DNA of 64,000 bases from a bacterium. GTDB taxonomy: Bacteria; Patescibacteriota; Doudnabacteria; UBA920. The stretch spans positions 412,330-476,329 of the forward strand of contig CP064996.1 in the NCBI GenBank assembly GCA_016699995.1. The letters run 5' to 3'. Positions 62,743 to 64,000 of the stretch are shown here, one piece after another. Within the stretch, counting starts at the first letter, position 1. Each line of letters starts with the position of its first letter. The notes under the pieces were generated by a model. That model was not told the DNA's origin and searched no databases. It saw only the letters and a list, made by a program, of their open reading frames with translations. The translations under genes were made by a program, and so were the position numbers.

Positions 62743-64000
<1,258 letters not shown>

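Overview
This 64 kb window looks like a mostly housekeeping stretch of a small, mid-GC bacterial genome. By inference it resembles Patescibacteria/CPR genomes: short compact genes, sigma-region-4 and T4CP-like proteins, and a large membrane protein embedded in the dcw cluster. All calls come from reading the six-frame track and the raw sequence; no searches were run, so family assignments are motif-level inferences. Self-derived coordinates (tRNAs, RNAs, promoters, terminators) carry roughly +/-2 nt uncertainty.

Content in order:
- dnaE N-terminus (partial), a SEDS protein (RodA-like), rplY, and prmC-prfA.
- rpmE, rpsB-tsf, and tRNA-Thr(GGT).
- A MutS-family ATPase that lacks a mismatch-binding domain, convergent with an HD hydrolase.
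- A minus-strand tRNA-Tyr(GTA) interrupted by a ~192 nt group I intron.
- tRNA-Thr(TGT)-rpmG-tRNA-Trp, followed by about 5 kb that looks like an accessory islet. It opens with a 46 nt direct duplication of the tRNA-Trp 3' end plus terminator, flanking a DUF2726 nuclease-like gene. It also carries a nucleotidyltransferase-unknown-kinase operon, small membrane proteins and a methyltransferase.
- uppS, then RNase P RNA (rnpB) on the minus strand.
- An envelope cluster: three GT4 glycosyltransferases, murG, a patatin-like lipase, murC, murB, hpf and secA.
- UDG, pepN, secDF.
- A sigma-r4/HARE-HTH protein, a membrane protein and a T4CP-like ATPase.
- trxA, then the dcw segment: dacA-like, mraY, an inserted amidohydrolase, murD, ftsW, a 729 aa membrane protein, murJ, then lepA.
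- A PH-domain protein, an FtsB-like protein and a PpiC-type isomerase.
- tRNA-Gly(CCC) and tRNA-Thr(CGT), a NUDIX hydrolase, and the F1Fo ATP synthase operon (atpZ-like, atpB, E, F, H, A, G, D partial).
- The atpA-atpG gap holds a GC-rich antisense small membrane ORF with a consensus sigma70 promoter.

No CRISPR array, rRNA or transposase was seen.
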